From contig JAGSHD010000001.1 of the NCBI GenBank assembly GCA_023954715.1, positions 428,468-492,467 on the forward strand: DNA of 64,000 nucleotides, written 5' to 3'. This document shows, piece by piece, positions 59,081-64,000 of the stretch (positions are counted from its first letter, which is position 1; the number at the start of each line of letters is the position of its first letter). The notes under the pieces were generated by a model, which did not search any database, was not told the DNA's origin, and saw only the letters and a list, made by a program, of their open reading frames with translations. This stretch comes from Candidatus Cloacimonadota bacterium. GTDB lineage: Bacteria > Muiribacteriota > UBA6191. The position numbers were made by a program, and so were the translations under genes.

Positions 59081-60826
59081 ATGAAACAAAACAACAATCC
59101 TTTAATTTTTACATTAATTTTTATATTATTCGTAATCCAGTTATCTCAAATTTTTCAATTACCTTTTTTGCCAAAAGCTCCACATAATCTCAAGCAAGCT
59201 GACCAAGAGTGGATCCTTAGTCAAGTAGAAGAAAAGCTCCCCATACTTGTTCAAAAGGAGATAGGATTTCAAATTCATGAACTTGTAATGGATAAAATAA
59301 AGCTCAACGAAAAAATTACTACTGCCAAGTCTAAGCTTGTTAATAGTTCAAAAGTTGCTAGTTCTGTTTTAAAAATAGGCAACTCCATCGTGGACAAAGA
59401 GCTGTTTCAAACAAAACTAAAGTCATTTGCTGAAAAACCTGAAAATAAAGCTAAGGCTAAAGTTGATCTAAAAAACTCTTTAGTTAGTGAGCTACACAAG
59501 CATTATGCGGTTATTGAGAGCTGTAAACGAGAAGACATGCAAAAATCTAAGGATTTCTTATATAAATTGCAAAGGTTTCAGCAAAAAGTATTTTTGAGTG
59601 AACTCATCCGAAACAAAGTGAAAACCATTTCACCAAGTGACGTAGAAAAATACTATCAAGATAATTTGAGTCTATATGAAAAAGGAGAAGCTTACAGCTT
59701 TGTAGCACTACAATCAGAAAAGAGAGAAGACCTAATGAAAGTTTCGTCTGTAGACCTATTTGATCAAAGTGCTCTAACCAAATCCGTTTTTAAAGAAAAA
59801 CAAGACTCAGTAATACCTTACTCCTTTATGCAAGCTCTCAATACATTAAAACCAAATCAATTGAGCCCCGTACTACGTTATAATAAGCTATTTTTTATAT
59901 TGAAAAAAACCAAAGAACAGCAAAAGTTTTACACTCCCTTCACTGAAGTTCTCCCGTTTATTCAAAAACATTTAACGCACTCCCGAATTAGAAACTTTCT
60001 TCAAAAAACATCAAATCCAATTCGCTTTAAATACAGTATTAAAAAGACAGACTCTTCTTACACCATCGATGGCAAAGATATTCTAGATCATGGGATCACG
60101 ATCGCAAAAGAAATCCTTCCCCCTGCTTTTTTAGGTCCAATCATCAACATCCCCGAAGAAAAATCTCTTTTAAATTTACAACTCTCTCTTATATTCAAAG
60201 AGTTATCCGAAAACCCTAGCCACTTTGATTCTTATGTTACAAGGCAAACTTCTATAAAAACTTCAGAGTATAAAGAGATACTTTTGATTCAATCAAAGCG
60301 AGATCAATTATTTCAAGCCGTAAAAGTCTCTGAACAAGAAATCAAAGACTTCTACACCAAAAACCCAAATCGTTTTATCCAAACTAAAGGCGAACTAAGT
60401 TCTCATATTTTTGTTTCCAATCGATCTAAAGCATTAGAGGTACTTAATTTGAGTTTAATGGACTCCAATAATTTTGCAGCCCTAGCCAAGCAACATTCAG
60501 AAGAGAGTAAAACTGCTCAATTTGGTGGTGACATGAGATATCTAGATAAAAAATCCATTACTCCTGAAATGAATGCCGCTGTAAAAACTCTATCTGAAGG
60601 AGAAGTCTACCCTAAGCTAATAGAGAGCACTTCTAAAAAAGGTTTTCATATACTAAAATTTGAAAAAACTCTACCTACTGAGGTCGTAAGCTTTGATAAA
60701 GTTAAAGACAAGTTACGTCAATGGATCACAGAAAAAAAACAAGCTTTGAGCTTTTCTGAATTTATCTCTAAAGCCATTAAAAAATATCCAATTCAAGTTG
60801 ACCAAAACGAGTTAGCCTCCATCTAA
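59081..60826 (+). CDS. Periplasmic SurA/PrsA-like chaperone with a C-terminal parvulin-type peptidyl-prolyl isomerase domain
   Basis: Signal peptide or anchor (LIFTLIFILFVIQL). C-terminal SSHIFVSNRSKA...FAALAKQHSEESKTAQFGGDMRYL...GEVYPKLIESTSKKGFHILKFEK fits the PpiC rotamase pattern. Confidence 0.6.
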   Translation: MKQNNNPLIFTLIFILFVIQLSQIFQLPFLPKAPHNLKQADQEWILSQVEEKLPILVQKEIGFQIHELVMDKIKLNEKITTAKSKLVNSSKVASSVLKIGNSIVDKELFQTKLKSFAEKPENKAKAKVDLKNSLVSELHKHYAVIESCKREDMQKSKDFLYKLQRFQQKVFLSELIRNKVKTISPSDVEKYYQDNLSLYEKGEAYSFVALQSEKREDLMKVSSVDLFDQSALTKSVFKEKQDSVIPYSFMQALNTLKPNQLSPVLRYNKLFFILKKTKEQQKFYTPFTEVLPFIQKHLTHSRIRNFLQKTSNPIRFKYSIKKTDSSYTIDGKDILDHGITIAKEILPPAFLGPIINIPEEKSLLNLQLSLIFKELSENPSHFDSYVTRQTSIKTSEYKEILLIQSKRDQLFQAVKVSEQEIKDFYTKNPNRFIQTKGELSSHIFVSNRSKALEVLNLSLMDSNNFAALAKQHSEESKTAQFGGDMRYLDKKSITPEMNAAVKTLSEGEVYPKLIESTSKKGFHILKFEKTLPTEVVSFDKVKDKLRQWITEKKQALSFSEFISKAIKKYPIQVDQNELASI

Positions 60827-61593
60827 TGATCTATAAACTACATTCTTTAAATAATGATTTTTTGATTAGTGATCAAATTCTTGAACCACTTTCTCAAAAT
60901 TCTAAAGTATTATGTGAACGTAAAACTGGATTTGGTGCTGATGGTTTAATTTGCTATAAGCTTAGCGAGAAATCAGACAAACAAGCTATTATACATGCAT
61001 ACTTAAATAACTTTGATGGAAGCTCTGCTAGTTTTTCTGGCAATGGGTTTTCGTGCTTAGCTAAACTTATATTCTTGTTAAACGAGGATTTAGATACTCT
61101 CGTTATCCACTGTAACAAGTATACATTTAATGTACGTAAAAGTAGTAGTTCTACTGTTTTAACCTTGAACCACTATCAAAATATTAATGAAAAATACTCC
61201 AATTCAACAATTCATGAAAAAAACACTTGTTTTCATATAGATGTTGGCAATGAACATGCGATAATCTTTGACAGTCGTCCAAGTAAATATGTAGAATCAC
61301 ATTTTGAAAGTTTAGAAAATTATCCAAATTCGATTAATGTTGATTTTGTGGAGATAATGGACGCCAGTACAATTGCTTTAGATGTAATAGAAAGAGGCTG
61401 TGGAAGAACCCAAGCATGCTCTTCTGCCGCACTTGCCTCAACAATTGTTGGCCATGAAAATGGTTTGTTAAAGTTACCGGTTCGTGTTCAACAAAAAGGT
61501 GGAAATTGTATTGTATCTAAAAATAAAAATAATTATGAGATAACGCTAAATCCGGTTCTCATTGGTAAGGTGGAATATGAATTCAAACAGTAA
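60826..61593 (+). CDS. Diaminopimelate-epimerase-fold protein (DapF-like) with Ser in place of the first catalytic Cys
   Basis: MIYKLHSLNNDF matches the DapF MHGLGNDF start. FSGNGFSC aligns with the DapF QCGNGARC segment but has Ser at the Cys73 position. ERGCGRTQACSSAA aligns with ERGAGETQACGSGA and keeps the second Cys. 255 aa. Start overlaps the upstream stop (TAATGA). Confidence 0.55.
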   Translation: MIYKLHSLNNDFLISDQILEPLSQNSKVLCERKTGFGADGLICYKLSEKSDKQAIIHAYLNNFDGSSASFSGNGFSCLAKLIFLLNEDLDTLVIHCNKYTFNVRKSSSSTVLTLNHYQNINEKYSNSTIHEKNTCFHIDVGNEHAIIFDSRPSKYVESHFESLENYPNSINVDFVEIMDASTIALDVIERGCGRTQACSSAALASTIVGHENGLLKLPVRVQQKGGNCIVSKNKNNYEITLNPVLIGKVEYEFKQ

Positions 61594-62515
61594 TAAGACT
61601 TCTTACATTTTTCTTTCTCCTTTTTTACTTATATTTTTCATATTTTTATTTATACCTGTTTTATATTCATTTTGGATATCTCTGCATGAAGTATCCCCTT
61701 ATACTGATTTATTTAATATCTTTGGAGATATGAAATTTGTTGGCTTAAAGCACTATCAAGCCTTGATTCAAGATCAACAATTTATTTGGTCTTTAGTACT
61801 TACTATAATCTATGCTCTTCTTTATATCCCAGGAATGATAGCCGTATCACTAGGACTTGCCTTACTCATCAGTAAAGAGTTTTTCGGAAGAGTCTTTTTT
61901 AGATCTGCATTTTTCTTGCCCAATGTACTCGATATGTTAGTTGTTGGTTTTATCTGGCAACTAATCTATAGTCCAAAATTTGGCTTACTTACAACTTTCT
62001 TAGAAAAAGTTTTCAATATTCATTATTTTCATGACACTGGCTTTTTAGAAAACCCTTGGGTAGCCTTACCAGCCATTGCCTTTGCTATGATTTTAAAAGG
62101 CTCTGGTTTCGGAATGATCCTGTTTATGGCGAGTCTAAATAATATATCCCCATCGCTCTATGAGGCTGCATCTATTGATGGCGCTAACAAGCGACAAACT
62201 TTCTTCAATGTGACAGTGCCTCATTTAAAACCTACTATACTGTTTTTGGTGGTCACTGGGATAATGTGTGCACTCAATGGATTTACAGAGATTTATGCCA
62301 TGACCAATGCTTCTGGTGGTCCTTACTTTGCAGACTCTACAGGTATTTTCAAATATGAGACTCTAGGAGCAACAAAAATTTCTGGTTTTTATCTTTGGCA
62401 AAAATTTAGTGCAGGTCAGTATGGATATGCAGCAGCTATGAGCTACTTAATGCTGATCTTTGCACTGATAGTATCTTACTTTAATGTCAAGTTTTTATCT
62501 CCGGAGAGTAAATAA
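61577..62515 (+). CDS. ABC sugar-type transporter permease (MalF/UgpA-like)
   Basis: EAASIDGANKRQTFFNVTVPHLKP is the EAA-loop signature. Six TM helices. ATG at 61577 with AAGGTGG upstream is preferred over the TTG at 61562. Confidence 0.75.
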   Translation: MNSNSNKTSYIFLSPFLLIFFIFLFIPVLYSFWISLHEVSPYTDLFNIFGDMKFVGLKHYQALIQDQQFIWSLVLTIIYALLYIPGMIAVSLGLALLISKEFFGRVFFRSAFFLPNVLDMLVVGFIWQLIYSPKFGLLTTFLEKVFNIHYFHDTGFLENPWVALPAIAFAMILKGSGFGMILFMASLNNISPSLYEAASIDGANKRQTFFNVTVPHLKPTILFLVVTGIMCALNGFTEIYAMTNASGGPYFADSTGIFKYETLGATKISGFYLWQKFSAGQYGYAAAMSYLMLIFALIVSYFNVKFLSPESK

Positions 62516-63849
62516 TGAAAGTGATTAAAATTAGCCTATTTTACATTTTTTTAGTTGTTCTAACTATTATTTTTTCTACTCCCTTAATCTGGATGATGAC
62601 AACATCACTAAAGGTATCTGGTACTGGCGATAAACATATATACTTCCCTCAAGATTTAAAGTCTTTTTATACTGTAAAGGTAACTGATTTGTCTAATATT
62701 GGCATAAAAGTAAGTTCTGAAATTAACTTAGACCTAGCTATAAGAGATCTCTATGCCAATCAATCAGTTCCGTCTATTAATAGTATCGTCAATGCATTAG
62801 GACAACTCAGTGGTGCTCCATTAAATTCTACACAAATAAGTGATCTAAAAGCTAAGTACTCTAACCGTTTTAATATCAATACATTAACAGCAGAGCAGTT
62901 TCAAAAACAATTGCCCATGACTCTTTTAGATGCGCAGGCTATTGTCTCTTACAGAAAAGCTCACGGTAATTTTGATTTACCTGAAGATCTTTTAAAAGTT
63001 CCACAATTTAATGATGCTGACATTAAAGATCTACAAGAAAACCGTAAGCGCTTGAAAAACTCTAATTATGTTTCTATTGCCAAGTTAAAAAAACAAAAGA
63101 AGTTCACAAGACAGCAGGTTTCTACCTGGAAACGCTTATTGTATTCTAATACCTTATATACTGGCTCAAATTTTAATAAAGTATTGTTTGAGTTTGAACC
63201 TCGAGATAACTTCACGTTAGTTGATGCATTTATAAACTCTATGATTGTGGCTGTTGGGACAGCCTTACTAACCGTATTTATTAGTTTACTTGGTGGATAT
63301 GTTTTTGCTAAAAAACAATTTTTTGGTAAAGACTTTTTATGGGCTATGTTTTGGTCTAGTATGTTGATCCCTGGCATGATGTTTATTGTTCCTCAATATG
63401 CAATTATATCTCGCTTTGGTTTTATAAATACCTATGCTGCTATGATAGTCCCTCATTGTGCTAGTATTTTTGGTCTCTATTTGATGCGACAATACATTGA
63501 AGGGATCCCCCACTCGTTATTTGAAGCTGCTTATATGGATGGGGCCAATGAAGTTGATCTATTTTCAATCATTATTATTCCATTAACTAAGCCAATTATC
63601 GCTACACTTTTTCTTATGACATTTTTGTCTCAATGGTCTAATTTTTTATGGCAATTGATCGTAAATACATCGGACTCTCCTTACTCTACTTTACCTGTAA
63701 TTTTAGGTTCATTTAAGGGGCAATATGTATCGGACTGGACATTGCTAATGGCAGGGTCTAGCGTCATGTTAATACCGATTGTGATTCTCTTTTTATGTGC
63801 ACAAAAATACTTTGTGGCAGGAATGACAGCAGGAGCAGTTAAAGAATGA
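62515..63849 (+). CDS. ABC sugar-type transporter permease (MalG/UgpE-like) with a periplasmic insertion of about 190 aa containing ComEA-like helix-hairpin-helix repeats
   Basis: N-terminal TM (FSTPLIWMMTTSLK) and C-terminal core with EAAYMDGANEVDLFSIIIIPLTKP EAA loop. The loop between TM1 and TM2 contains NINTLTAEQFQKQLPMTLLDAQAIVSYRKAHGNFDLPEDLLKVPQF. This resembles the ComEA N.NtA..eeL..LpGIG...A..Iv.yR...G.F.s.edL..V.GIG pattern but lacks both GIG hairpins. Confidence 0.7.
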   Translation: MKVIKISLFYIFLVVLTIIFSTPLIWMMTTSLKVSGTGDKHIYFPQDLKSFYTVKVTDLSNIGIKVSSEINLDLAIRDLYANQSVPSINSIVNALGQLSGAPLNSTQISDLKAKYSNRFNINTLTAEQFQKQLPMTLLDAQAIVSYRKAHGNFDLPEDLLKVPQFNDADIKDLQENRKRLKNSNYVSIAKLKKQKKFTRQQVSTWKRLLYSNTLYTGSNFNKVLFEFEPRDNFTLVDAFINSMIVAVGTALLTVFISLLGGYVFAKKQFFGKDFLWAMFWSSMLIPGMMFIVPQYAIISRFGFINTYAAMIVPHCASIFGLYLMRQYIEGIPHSLFEAAYMDGANEVDLFSIIIIPLTKPIIATLFLMTFLSQWSNFLWQLIVNTSDSPYSTLPVILGSFKGQYVSDWTLLMAGSSVMLIPIVILFLCAQKYFVAGMTAGAVKE

Positions 63850-64000
63850 AAACCGACAAGATTTCCAATACCCCAGCTTTTTACTATTCTGTTTTGTCAA
63901 TTTTGTTTGGGTGCTCTTTAATGCTTTTTGTCATTATGTCCACCCAGTTAGATAATACACCTTTTGCTTCTACTCAAGTTGCCTCTGCGACTGTTCATGA
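63847..64000 (+). CDS. 5' end of a downstream gene (partial), possibly a lipoprotein or secreted component of the same transporter locus
   Basis: ATG at 63847 overlaps the permease stop. N-terminus MKTDKISNTPAFYYSVLSILFGCSLMLF is signal-peptide-like. Truncated by the window edge. Confidence 0.4.

Noticed and set aside
1-64000. CRISPR arrays, tRNA/rRNA genes, IS elements, integrases, toxin-antitoxin pairs
   Set aside because: No evenly spaced direct repeats, no cloverleaf-like GC-rich 75-90-nt islands beyond those discussed, and no transposase, integrase or recombinase-like ORFs were seen in any frame.

Overview
This is an AT-rich (roughly 35% GC) bacterial chromosomal window with dense, mostly minus-strand coding. 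I found no rRNA, tRNA, CRISPR array or IS element. The mix of flagellar gate genes, many secreted hydrolases (M23, M28, SLT, alpha/beta hydrolase, DUF885, TolB-like) and giant lipoproteins suggests a Bdellovibrio-like or Bacteriovorax-like predatory diderm; this is inference only.

Main contents, in order:
- A REC / RsbW-like kinase / cNMP-binding fusion protein.
- Two tandem paralogous giant lipoproteins (2329 aa and about 2209 aa).
- An atypical radical-SAM-like enzyme, a SAM methyltransferase and glgA.
- fabI.
- A long minus-strand operon for a pseudaminic-acid-like nucleotide-sugar pathway (PseB/PseG/PseF-like plus Gfo oxidoreductase, ATP-grasp and radical SAM/SPASM). It continues into a YqeK-like HD hydrolase, an LCP-family protein and a PH-domain membrane protein.
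- A miniature bacterial major-vault-protein (MVP)-like gene, followed by M28 peptidase, SLT transglycosylase and a TPR lipoprotein.
- Alpha/beta hydrolase, DUF885 and a TolB-like beta-propeller/Ig protein.
- The fliP-fliQ-fliR-flhB export gate. Upstream of it on the same strand are an M23 peptidase, a HAMP-GAF-GGDEF cyclase with a PhnD-like binding protein, and a 1432-aa zinc-ribbon / acidic 'DDLF'-array / HEAT-repeat giant.
- pfkB kinase, glmS and a uridyltransferase-only glmU.
- A SurA-like PPIase, a DapF-like protein with Ser at the first catalytic Cys position, and two ABC permeases. One permease carries a ComEA-like helix-hairpin-helix insert.

Several starts in the ORF track are over-extended and are corrected here. 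Two small genes below the track's size cut-off are proposed. CDS coordinates include the stop codon, as in the ORF track.
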